From Octopus sinensis (lineage: Eukaryota), in the NCBI RefSeq assembly GCF_006345805.1, contig NC_042999.1:2728001-2792000 (forward strand): a DNA stretch of 64,000 nt, written 5' to 3'. The translations under genes and the position numbers were made by a program. This document shows positions 25,178-36,560 of this stretch, in pieces. Under the pieces are notes generated by a model that did not search any database, was not told the origin of the DNA, and worked only from the letters and a program-made list of their open reading frames with translations. The first letter of the stretch is position 1. Every line of letters starts with the position of its first letter.

Positions 25178-25580
25178 TGGAGGTGCAATGGCCCAGTGGT
25201 TAGGGCAGCAGACTTGCAGTCGAAGGATCACAGTTTTGATTCCCAGACCAAGCATTGTGAGTGTTTATTGAGCAAAAACACCTAAAACAACATGAGGTTC
25301 TGGCAATGGGTGGTGGCAAACCCTGCTGTACGCTTTCACCACAACTTCCTCTCATTCTTTCTTCCTGTTTTTGTTGTACCTGTATTTCAAAGGGGCTAGC
25401 CTTGTCACACTCTGTGTCACGCTGAATCTTCCCCGAGAACTACATTAATGGTACACGTGTCTGTGGAGCGCTCAGCCACTTGCACATTAATTTCATGAGC
25501 CTGCTCATGAAATTAATGTGCAAGATCCATTAATTGTATCAACTAGAACCCTCGTCGCCATAACCGATGGAGTACCATAA
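25178..25580 (+). mobile_element. SINE family D/E with internal 22-bp fold-back
   Basis: TGGAGGTGCAATGGCCCAGTGGTTAGG head; perfect hairpin at 25479-25524. Confidence 0.8.
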
Positions 25581-25601
25581 TTATTTATGTTGTTGTTGCT
25601 A

Positions 25602-25656
<55 letters not shown>

Positions 25657-25989
25657 TACTATTATTATCATTATTATTATTATTATTGTGATGTCTACCG
25701 CCATTGTTGCTCAGGATAGTTTTCTTGTTGTTGTTGTTGTTGTCGTTGCTGAAAACTTTGTTGTTAGTCCGGTGTTGTTCTTTATAAAGCCGTTTTTCTT
25801 CCTCTTTGTGTGTCTTTCTCTTCTCTATTTGTTTTCCTCAGATAAGATTCATCGGATCAGAGATCTGTTTTGTTCTTGTTGAATGGAACGATGTTTAACT
25901 GCTAATGAAAGTAAATAGAAGCCAATTAGCATGAATGGGAAATTTTTTAAGATGACAAAAACAAAAATGAGGCGAAAAACAAAAAAATA

Positions 25990-26466
25990 TTACAAATAAG
26001 GGAATAATATAATGATGCTGACGATGATGCTGATGATAATAGTGATGATGATGACGATGAGAATAATGAGGAGATGGAGAAGGAGGAGGATGATAATGAT
26101 CATAAGGATGATAATAATGATAGTGATGACGATAACGATGAGAATAATAATAATAATAATGAGGAGCAGGAGGAGGGGGATAATGATGATCATTAGGATG
26201 ATGATGATGATGATGACGTTGATAACGATATTAATGATGATGATGATGGAAGTGGTGGTGGCGATGACAATGCTGAGAACAACAGTGACAGCAATGATGA
26301 TGATGATGATGATGGTAGGTGGTGGTGATGATGATGATGATGATAAAGGGGAGTAAGAAGAGGAATATGAAGTGGATGATAATATCGATATCAAAAATAA
26401 AAACAAAATCAATATCAATGATTATTAAAATATTAATACACCTACTACTACTACTACTACTACTAC

Positions 26467-26498
<32 letters not shown>

Positions 26499-26772
26499 GT
26501 GATGATGATAATAATAATAGTGATGATGTTGATAATAATAATAATAGTGATGATGTTGATGATAATAATAATAATAATAATAATAATAGTGATATGTTGA
26601 TAATAATAATAATAGTGTTGATGTTGATGATAATAATAATAATAATAATAATTATAATAATAATGATAATAATAATAATAGTGATGATGATAATAATAAT
26701 CATCATAATAATAATAGTGATGATAATAATAATAATAATAATAACAATAGTGATGATGATGATAATATTGAT

Positions 26773-26809
<37 letters not shown>

Positions 26810-27330
26810 GTGATGATGATAATAATAATCATCATAATAATAATAGTGATGATAATGATAATAATAATAACAATAGTGATGATGATGATAATATTGATTA
26901 TAATAATAATAATAATAATAATAATGATGATGATAATAATAATCATCATAATAATAATAGTGATGATAATAATAATAATAATAATAACAATAGTGATGAT
27001 GATGATAATATTGATTATAATAATAATAATAATAATAATAGTGATGATGATAATAATAATCATCATAATAATAATAGTGATGATAATGATAATAATAATA
27101 ATAATAACAATCGTGATGATGATGATAATATTGATTATAAAAATAATAATAATAGTAATAATGATAATAACAACAATAATAATAATAATAATAGTAATAA
27201 TGATAACAACAGCAACAACAATAATAATAACAATAGTAATAATAATGATAATAACAACAACAACAACAAGATAACAATAATGACAAGAATAACAACAATA
27301 GCAATATTTGTTGTACAGACAATAATGGTT
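25990..27330. repeat. Compound (GAT)/(AAT) trinucleotide array with ~120-bp higher-order unit
   Basis: GATAATATTGATTATAA marker recurs at about 26761, 26888, 27005 and 27125. Confidence 0.9.
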
Positions 27331-27863
27331 ATAAAATCATCCATTTAAGAAACTGATAACATCGTCTTTTATTTTATTTTATTTTTCATGGATGGCATTA
27401 GTTTGATGAGTATTCCTAAATCTGAAAGATGAGATTAAAAAACAAAATAATGTCCTTTGTTTAGGAGTAAACTGTCTTTGAATGAATTCATTTATCCTGC
27501 AATGCACCGGATATTGTATTTTATTTTCATCAAAAGAAGGAAAATCTTTTATCACAATTCAAAAATAATAATAATAATAATAATGTTAATAATAATAACT
27601 TAAAAAACACAACACAAACTAAATGAACTGCTCGTCAATTTGTATGATTAAATGTTGATGTTATTTTACACGCCATTGTCATTGCAGTTTTGCCAGTGAG
27701 TTATTGTATTAATTCATCAGATCTGGTGGCATACAATTTAAATTAAAGGACACCATAGTCAACTGAAAATTAATGTTGATAATTACAAAAACAAAAATAA
27801 ATTTAATCTGGGGCGAAGTTTCTATGTATGATTCCTTTGACATATATACAATGTAGCTGGTAA

Positions 27864-28492
27864 GGCAGCGAGCTGGCAGAAACGTTAGCACGCCAGGTGA
27901 ACTGCTTAGCGGTATTTCGTCCACCTTTACGTTCTGAGTTCACATTTCACCGAGGTCGACTTTACCTTTCATCCTTTCGGGATCGATTAAATAAGTACCA
28001 GTTATACACTGGGGTCGATGTAATCGACTTAATCCCTTTGTCTGTCCTTGTTTGTCCCCTCTGTGTGTAGCCCCTTGTGGGTTGTAAAGAAATAGGTATT
28101 TCGTCTACCTTTTATGTTCTGAGTTCAGATTCCACTGAGGTCGACTTTGCATTTCATCCTTTCAGGGTCAATAAATTATGTACCAGTTGCATACTGGAGT
28201 TGATCTAATTGACTGGCCTCCTCTCCAATAATTTTGGGCCTTGTGCCTAGAGTAGAAAAGAATATTTTTTTATATGTTAAGATGGCAAGCTGGGAGAAAC
28301 GTTAGCACACCAGGTGACATGCTTAGCAGAATTTCGTCCTCCTTTATGTTCTGAGTTCACATTTCACCGAGGTTGACCTTACCTTTCATTCTTTTGGGGT
28401 CAATAAATTAAGTACCAGTTATGTACTGGAGTCAATCTAATCGACTGGCCCCCTCCCCCAAAATTTCAGGTCGTGTGCCTAGAGCAGAAAAG
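27864..28492 (+). mobile_element. Trimeric SINE family C unit flanked by a 19-bp TSD
   Basis: TATACAATGTAGCTGGTAA at 27845-27863 and 28493-28511; three GTTCTGAGTTC..ATT modules inside. Confidence 0.85.
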
Positions 28493-28554
28493 TATACAAT
28501 GTAGCTGGTAAAATTTTTCAAGAAAATTCCAGTCTTTTAATAATAACATTGGTT

Positions 28555-28945
28555 GTTAAGGTAGGAAGCTGGTAGAATTGTTACCATGCTAGGTAACATG
28601 CTTAGCGGCATTTCATTTGTTTTCATGTTCTGAGTTCAAATTTTACCCGGGTTGATTTTGCTGTTCATCCTTTTAGGTTCGATAAAATAACTACCAGTTT
28701 AACTCTGAGGTCGATATAATCGACTTACCCCATCTCCCAAAACTGCTGGTCTTGTGCCAAAATTTGAAAGGAATATTATCAGTGGTTGAAAGGCAGTGAA
28801 CAGACAGAATCATTAGAATGCTGGGCAAAATACTTAGTGGCAATTTATCCGTTCTGAATTCAAATTCTGTAAAAGCCCTTTTTTACTTTTCATCCTTTCA
28901 GGATTGACAAAACAAGTCCCAGTTGAACACTGGGACTGATGTAAC
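28555..28945 (+). mobile_element. Two further SINE family C copies
   Basis: Homologous heads and bodies; the second is interrupted by the family D SINE. Confidence 0.75.
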
Positions 28946-28954
28946 TTTTACACT

Positions 28955-29247
28955 GTGGAGGCACATGGCTTAGTGGTTAGAGCAGTGGACTTGCAGTCGA
29001 GGGATCGTGAGTTCGAATCTCACACCGGGCAATATGTGTGTTTATGAGCGAAACACCTAAGCTCCATGTGGCTCCAGCAGAAGGTAATGGCAAACTTTCA
29101 CCACAACTTTCTCTCACTCTTTCCTCCTGAATCTTGCAGCTCACCTGCGATGGACCGGTGTCCCGTCCAGGTGGGGAACCTATATGCCGAGGAAACCGAG
29201 AAACCGGCCCTTATGAGCCAGGTGTGGCTCAACAAGGAACAAACAAC
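28955..29247 (+). mobile_element. SINE family D nested in a family C SINE
   Basis: TSD AACTT(T/A)TACACT at 28943-28954 and 29248-29259; the family C tail resumes at ~29275. Confidence 0.8.
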
Positions 29248-29587
29248 AACTTATACACTCACCAAAAAAGATTTCTGGCCTTGTGCCTAAATTTGAAACC
29301 AGTATTATGATTAGTTGTTGTCTGATCCCTAATAATATCTCAGAATAAACCAGACACCTGTTCTGGATAGAACAGTTTGAGAAAGATCCTTCTCCAGTCA
29401 TCGTGGGATTCCCCACTCCACCAGCAGTAATCCCACTCCAGATTCAGAAACACTATGCATTTAGATGAAGACATTCATTCACCTAAGATTGAGAATGGAT
29501 AATGAAGAGCTGCTTTAGTCAGGTGGACGCTATAAAACTGACCCAACCACCTCTGAATGTGGAGAAGCAGACAATGTCTAAAAAATA

Positions 29588-29930
29588 TCTATATATATAA
29601 AAGTAAGGTTGTGTGTCTGTCCCCTTCAATTTAGATTCCTAACTACTCCCACATTTTGCAGTGCAGTTTAACCAAAACCGGGTATCTTATAGTCGTGATT
29701 CATATCGAGCCCTTCTGGGTATTAGCGCGTGTCTACGATGAGTCTACGATTTTAAAAATAATTTACCATCATTTTTTTCCATTTTAATGCATTTTTTCGC
29801 TATTATATAAGGGAAGTAACTCTCTAAAAATGTCTACGATGAGTCAACGATTTAAAAAAAGATTTACCATCATTTTTTTTCCATTTTTAATGCATTTTTT
29901 TGCTATTTTTTGGCTATAACTCTCTAAAAA
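29588..29930 (+). mobile_element. 3'-truncated non-autonomous Helitron, same family as 23176-23548
   Basis: A|TCTATATATATAAAAGTAAGGTTGTGTG start; internal tandem duplication; no CTAG end. Confidence 0.8.
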
Positions 29931-29954
29931 GTTATGATCTTTTGCAATTTCATA

Positions 29955-30272
29955 TTAATTTTTATTATTCTGCTGTGTAGAAGGTGTTTATAAGCCATTT
30001 AAAAACTCACAAAAACCATTAGAGTCACTTCAACATTTAATTTGTCAAAATATTTTTGTTACTTTGAGACCACGACCTGTTCACCAACAAAATTCTGTGC
30101 TGCATCTCTCAAAGCGATGAAAATATTTTGACAAATTAAAGTTAAAAGTTAAAGTGAATCTATCGGTTTTTGTGTGTTTTTAAATGGCTAATAAACACCT
30201 TTCACACTGCTATTGTTTTTGTTTCAGCACACAATCTCAGATCAGGTCACTTGCTATGCAAGTACATCTCCG
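29955..30272. mobile_element. Long-TIR MITE, left end lost
   Basis: Ends CTCAGATCAGGTCACTTGCTATGCAAGTACATCTCCG-TA; internal inverted arms. Confidence 0.7.
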
Positions 30273-30484
30273 TAATTTTATTTTGTTTATATATTAAAAT
30301 AGGTACATATTAAAAAATATTAAAATAAAGAATTTCACTCATTAAAAGATTAATTGTTAATTATTTAATTAGAATATGACATTATTTTATAATAAAAATT
30401 GTTTAAAAATATATTTATTGTTAAAGATATACTGCTATTAATCCTTTGTTATCTTTATGTGCAAACAAAACTTCTAAGTTTGTA

Positions 30485-30650
30485 GGCGTAGGAGTAGCTG
30501 TTTGGTAAGTAGCTTGCTTACCAACCACATGGTTCTGGGTTCAGTCCCACTGCGTGACACCTTGGACGAGTGTCTCCTACTATAGCCTCGGGCCGACCAA
30601 AGCCTTGTGAGTGGATTTGGTAGACGGAAACTGAAATGAAGCCCGTCGAA

Positions 30651-30718
<68 letters not shown>

Positions 30719-30930
30719 ATGTGTTTGTGTGTCTGTGTTTGTCCACCCAACATTGCTAGACAACCAATGCTAGTGTGTTTACATCCCCATAACTTAGCGG
30801 TTCGGCAAAAGAGACCGATAGAATAAGTACTAGGCTTACAAAGAATAAGTCCCGGGGTCGATTTGCTCGACAAAAGGCAGTGCTCCAGCATGGCCACAGT
30901 CAAATGACTGAAATAAGTAAAAGAGTAAAA
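30485..30930 (+). mobile_element. Full-length SINE family B
   Basis: Complete head, microsatellite and tail. Confidence 0.92.
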
Positions 30931-31056
30931 TCTGTATATAAAAAATATTCACAATAGTATCGTTTTTTTTTTTTTCAATTATAAATGTAAATATAATTAA
31001 TCATTATAAAGAAATAAAGATGCACCAGAATGAAAAATGCGGGGACAGAATACTTG

Positions 31057-31884
31057 AATATTCTTAAGTATTGAACCTGGAAACTACAAGATAAGAAGTT
31101 AAAAAAATTAAATTATTGCTGCTGAAGTTTGCTCGTTAAATGTACACTGTTTTTCTGGTTTTTGCTTTTCTGTTGCAAATTTTTCTGATTTAATTTAATC
31201 ATTTTGATTTAAAATTTTCTTTGTATTAAGCAAAAATATTTCTGTCTTAATCTGAATAATATTTTTATTTTTCAATTATGTATTGTTATCAAAACTCATT
31301 ATCCAAAAATTCTAAATCAAAGATTTTGTGTTAGAAAATTAAACTCATGTGGAATATAAGTAATTCAAAAGAGTAAAAAAATGGTAAAAATAGTTTTTGC
31401 AAAGAAACAATAGAATTAATTTCTTTAAAGTTTGCATTATCACATAACAAAGAATTTTCTATTTACAGTTAGAAAAATGTTTTTAAAAAATGAAAGTTAA
31501 TGAACAAATTGAGTGCAAAATGTAAAAATGGCTCTCTAGGGTTTTAGAAAAAACTTAGGGGTTATAATTGTCAATTTTACTTAAATTGCTGTTATGTGAT
31601 TTTTTTAAAATATATAAATTTGTAATAACAAACTTTTAATGTATAAATTTGCAGGCAATTAGTCTTTTCACTAAAATTGAAAATAAATAGCTTCTTGAGT
31701 ATTTTAATTTAAACATTTAAGTAGAAATGAAAAACATTAAAAGGGCATTTATTGCTATTTTACTTTCTAAAATTCTAACTGCAGCAGCAATATTTTAAGT
31801 TATTTTTTCCTTCTTGCCCTGTGTTTTTCCAGGCTTAATTGCTGCTTGTTCTGTACTTTGCCAGGTTTAATACTTACGAATATT
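31057..31884. mobile_element. AT-rich non-autonomous DNA transposon with ~30-bp imperfect TIRs
   Basis: AATATTCTTAAGTATTGAACCTGGAAACTAC vs reverse complement of the right end AATATTCGTAAGTATTAAACCTGGCAAAGTAC; superfamily unknown. Confidence 0.55.
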
Positions 31885-31885
31885 A

Positions 31886-32295
31886 GGACAGTGAGCTGGC
31901 AGAAACATTAGCACACTGGGCAAAATGCTTAGCGGTATTTCATCTGCTATCACGTTCTGAGTTCAAATTCCACCTAGGTTGACTTTGCCTTTCATCCTTT
32001 CTGGGCTGATTAAATAGGTACCAGTTACAGTCTGCGGTCGACGTAATCGACTTAATTCCTTTGTCTGTCCTTGTTTGTCCTCTCTGTTCAGCCCTTTGTG
32101 AGTAGTAAAGAAATAGGTATTTCGTCTGCCCTTACGTTCTGAGTTCAAATTCTGCCAAGGTCAATTTGCCTTTCATCCTTTCGGGGCTGATTAAATAAGT
32201 ACCAGTTACACACTGGGGTCGATGTAATCAACTTAATTCCTTTGTCTGTCCTTGTTTGTCCCCTCTGTTTAGCCCCTTGTGGGTAGTAAAGAAAT
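31886..32295 (+). mobile_element. Dimeric SINE family C
   Basis: Head+body+tail followed by a second body+tail; same architecture as the first two modules of 27864-28492. Confidence 0.8.
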
Positions 32296-32499
32296 ATATT
32301 GTCATGAATATTCTAGGATTCTGCATCCACATTTTTCATTCCAGTATATATAAGAATATGTGCGTGTCTGTGTATTTGTGTGTATACATGTATATATATA
32401 TATATATATATGTATAAGGGTGAAAAGGAACACACGAGTTGATATATATGAAAAAACAAGTCAAAAATAGAAAATGCTAAAATAATTTTATAGTGAACA

Positions 32500-32543
32500 T
32501 TTCAGTACCGGTTTCGGTCATTTTGAGACCTTTTCAACTGTAA
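32500..32543 (-). ncRNA. Type I hammerhead-like motif, U3-A8 variant (left arm)
   Basis: Exact reverse complement of 33017-33060. Confidence 0.7.
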
Positions 32544-33016
32544 CGATTAAATAATTAAATTTAGAAAAATTAGAAGAAAAGTTTTTTTAAAAGAATATTT
32601 CTATAGTAGTGTTCAGATTTAAGTGGCATTCTGCCTTTCTCTGACTCCCTTGTTTGCACTTGTGTGTTCGAGGTAGTTGTGAGTTCTTGGTAGGGTAGTA
32701 GAGGGAAGGCTGGTGAGGAAAGGGGGGGTGGGAGAATCTGGGAGTGCCCTGATGGTCGTATTTTGAATGGTCAGTGGCGCCACTGACCATTCAAAATACG
32801 ACCATTAAGGCATTCCCAGATTTCCCCACCCCCTCTCCACATCAGCCTCATTATTCTTCACCTATCCTACCAAGAACTCAAAACGACCTCGAACACACAA
32901 GTGCAAACAAGGGAGTCAGAGAAAGGCAAAATGCCACTTAAATCTGAACACTACTATAGAAATATTCTTTTAAAAAAACTTTTCTTCTAATTTTTCTAAA
33001 TTTAATTATTTAATCG

Positions 33017-33060
33017 TTACAGTTGAAAAGGTCTCAAAATGACCGAAACCGGTACTGAAA
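33017..33060 (+). ncRNA. Type I hammerhead-like motif, U3-A8 variant (right arm)
   Basis: UUACAG-UUGAAAA-GGUC UCAAAAU GACC-GAAA-CCGGU-A-CUGAAA; palindromic ACCGGU stem III; predicted GUA cleavage after 33054. Confidence 0.7.
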
Positions 33061-33379
33061 TGTTCTTTATAAAATTATTTTAGCATTTTCTATTTTTGGC
33101 TTATTTTTTCATATATATATATATATATATGTGTGTATGTGTGTTTATGCATGTGTGCACATACATGTCAGCATGTGTGTGCATGCATGTGTCTGTGCGT
33201 GTGTGTGTATGAACACAGACATTTATTTATTTATTTAAAAAAAAACAATTATAACAATATACATACATGTATATACTTGTTCTGTTCCATTTTCTTATTA
33301 CCATATAAATTAAGGTTAAAATAGCTTTTTGCCCTCGCCCATTTATTACATTCAGTAGTGTAATTGCCACGCAATAAAA

Positions 33380-33383
33380 AAAT

Positions 33384-33423
<40 letters not shown>

Positions 33424-33432
33424 ATATATTTA

Positions 33433-33487
<55 letters not shown>

Positions 33488-33498
33488 TATATATAGTT

Positions 33499-33529
<31 letters not shown>

Positions 33530-34179
33530 TATATATATATATATTTATATATATATAATATATATATTTATAATATATATTTATATATATTATAGATTAT
33601 ATATATAATATTTTATATGTGGCCGAGGCCAGCACCGCCTCGACTGGCTTCCGGGCCGGTGGCACTAAAATACACCAATCTGACCTGGCCGTTGCAGCCC
33701 CGCCTGGCACCTGTGCAGGGGCACGTAAAAAGCACCCCTACACTCACGGAGTGGTTGGCGTTAGGAAGGCATCCACGTAGAATATGCAAATTAGACTGGA
33801 GCCTGTGCAGCCATTCTGGCTTCCCAGAACCCCGGTCGAACCGTCCACCCATGCTAGCATGGAGAACGGACGTTAACGACGATTGATGAATGATGATGAA
33901 TATATATATTTATATATATATATATATATATAATGATATTATATATTTGATGATGATATATATAATTGATGATATATATATATTTATATATTATATATAT
34001 ATTTATATATTTATATATATATATTTAATATATATATATAATTATATATATTTATATATATATTATATATATTTATATATATATATATGTTTATATATAT
34101 ATTATATATATATATTTATATATATATATATATATATATTTATGTATATATATATATATATTTATATTATATATATATT

Positions 34180-34210
<31 letters not shown>

Positions 34211-34293
34211 ATTATATATATATACTTACATATATACATATATGTGTGTGTATGTATGTATTCAGTAGTGTAATTGCCACGCAATAAAAAAAT

Positions 34294-34324
<31 letters not shown>

Positions 34325-34425
34325 TATATACATACTTACATATATACATATTGTGTGTGTATTATGTATATATATTTATACATACATATATATATATATA
34401 TTATATATATATATATACATATATG
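33380..34425. repeat. (TA)n expansion containing an RTE 3' UTR copy (33617-33897, plus)
   Basis: Seen directly; the RTE tail is CCATGCTAGCATGGAGAACGGACGTTAACGACGATTGATG. Confidence 0.9.
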
Positions 34426-34730
34426 AGTAAACATAAGGACAAGCAAGTTAGGCAAGTATCTAATACAAAAATATACATGTGTATGCATATAAAACTATTC
34501 TGTCAGCATGTCAAAGGTAAAATTCTTCTGTGAAGAGGGAGGCTAGGGTTATCTGATGATGGAAAGTTGCCATGATTGATCGCTAAATCCACAAGATTTT
34601 TTTTTTATTTTTTCGCTGTTTATTTCATTATGTTCCTTTCTGTTGAAGAGCATAGGCTCGAAACGTAAAAGAATTTCTCACTTTCCAAAGCATCACACTA
34701 TACATATTTTGCTTTTCTGTAAATTTCAAC
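34425..34730. mobile_element. Two abutting short Penelope-type remnants
   Basis: 34425-34560 is an inverted homolog of 35530-35695; 34590-34730 carries a hammerhead motif; TA-flanked. Confidence 0.55.
34636..34671 (+). ncRNA. Minimal type I hammerhead-like motif, U6 variant
   Basis: CUUU-CUGUUGA-A-GAGC AUAG GCUC-GAAAC-GUA-AAAG. Confidence 0.6.
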
Positions 34731-35865
34731 TATGTATATATATGTGTGTATGTGTGAGTGTGTGTGGTATATATATTCATATATTTTTCTGTGATGGTTA
34801 GACTATTTTCTTTAGTCATTTCACGGTGATTGCTTATTACCTTTAAGCTCATAAAATACTATTATTATTATTTACAGGATTATATTTCCCCTAATCCTTC
34901 AATCTCTGTCCCTTACCCCTCTCTCCTCCTTCTACATGTCTGGTATTCGGCCAGCCAGGATCTTTCTTCCTTGGCTTGACTGCCGACTGCCAAATTCTTT
35001 TATGTCCATCTCCTATGTTCCTGCCTCAAGGCTTTCATCCTATACATGCCAGCTCAATTTGATTCATCCTCATTACTCAAAAGACACCTATTGTTATATT
35101 CTTGTTGTTTATTTTTGTAATTGTGTAATATCTTCTCCATTTTTTTTTGTTTTTGTTGCCATACACATTCACTTGCTTTCTTACAAAAAATCTAATGCTT
35201 TTAGCTTAAACTTTTTGGGCGAAACTAGATTTGAACAGTCTGAAGTGTAACTGCCCGAAACTGTAAGGACCATCTGGAAATTTAACTAATGAAAGAAAGC
35301 CATGAATGACCCACCGTATTTTCTTGTCCCTCTGTATGTTGTTTTTGTTTTTCCTGTCCACCTTTGTATCGTCTATAAGTCCAGATGTTTTAATGCCCTC
35401 TATTGCGTTTTTGTTCCATTTTTTATATTTATATATATATATATATATATACGTATAGCGGCGTACGTACACACTTGTGCTCACCTTATATGTGTGTGTG
35501 TGTATATTTTGTATATATTATATATATTACAGCATCAGATAACACCAGCCTGCCTCTTCAGGGAAGAATTTTACCTTTCCAGTGTTGACAGAACAGAGAT
35601 TTTATACGCATACATATGTACATTTTTGTATTAAATGTATTAAATACATTTTGTATATCGACTTGCTTAACTTGCTGGTCCTTACATTTACTCCTCTACC
35701 CACTCAAGTTCAAATCCCTTGAGCACTACGAAGTGTATTCTATACAGAGAATGTCAGTCTCTAATTTATCTATGTATCTCTGTCTGTCTGTCTCTCTCTC
35801 TCTCTCTTTCTCTCTCTCTATATATATGTATGTATATATATATATATAATATATATATAGATATA

Positions 35866-35896
<31 letters not shown>

Positions 35897-36001
35897 TATA
35901 TATATATACTATATACACATATATCTATATATATTATATATATATATATATATACAAATATATATATATATATATATATATGCATATATATATTACAAAG
36001 C

Positions 36002-36032
<31 letters not shown>

Positions 36033-36139
36033 TATATATATTACAAATACATATATTACATATATATATATATGTGTATATATATATATGTGTGTGTATA
36101 TATATATATATATATTATATATATATATATATTATATAT

Positions 36140-36560
36140 GTATATGTATGTATATGAATATATTCGTATATATATATGTATATATATATATGTATATGTA
36201 TGTATATGAATATATTCGTATATATATATGTATATATATATATGTATATGTATGTATATGAATATATTCGTATATATATATGTATATAGATATATGTATA
36301 TGTATGTATATGAATATATTCGTATATATATATGTATATAGATATATGTATATGTATGTATATGAATATATTCGTATATATATATGTATATATGTATATG
36401 TATGTATATGAATATATTCGTATATATATATGTATATATATATATATGCATATGTACGTATATGAATATATTCGTATATATATATGTATATATATATATA
36501 TGCATATGTACGTATATGAATATATTCGTATATATATATATATATATATATATACATACA
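36140..36560. repeat. ~45-bp minisatellite derived from (TA)n
   Basis: About nine copies of ATGTATATGTATGTATATGAATATATTCGTATATAT. Confidence 0.9.

Larger units (their letters stand above)
32442..33118. repeat. ~675-bp palindrome (head-to-head inverted Penelope-type ends, no spacer)
   Basis: Axis at GGC|GCC (32778/32779); innermost 27 bp perfect; about 130 bp around the ribozyme identical in both arms; TA-flanked. Confidence 0.95.

Noticed and set aside
25990-27344. 363-aa Y/H-rich and poly-I/M ORFs
   Set aside because: Products of the AAT/GAT trinucleotide array.
35205-35275. GGGC...GCCC-GAAAC motif
   Set aside because: No recognisable CUGANGA upstream; at best a fully decayed ribozyme.
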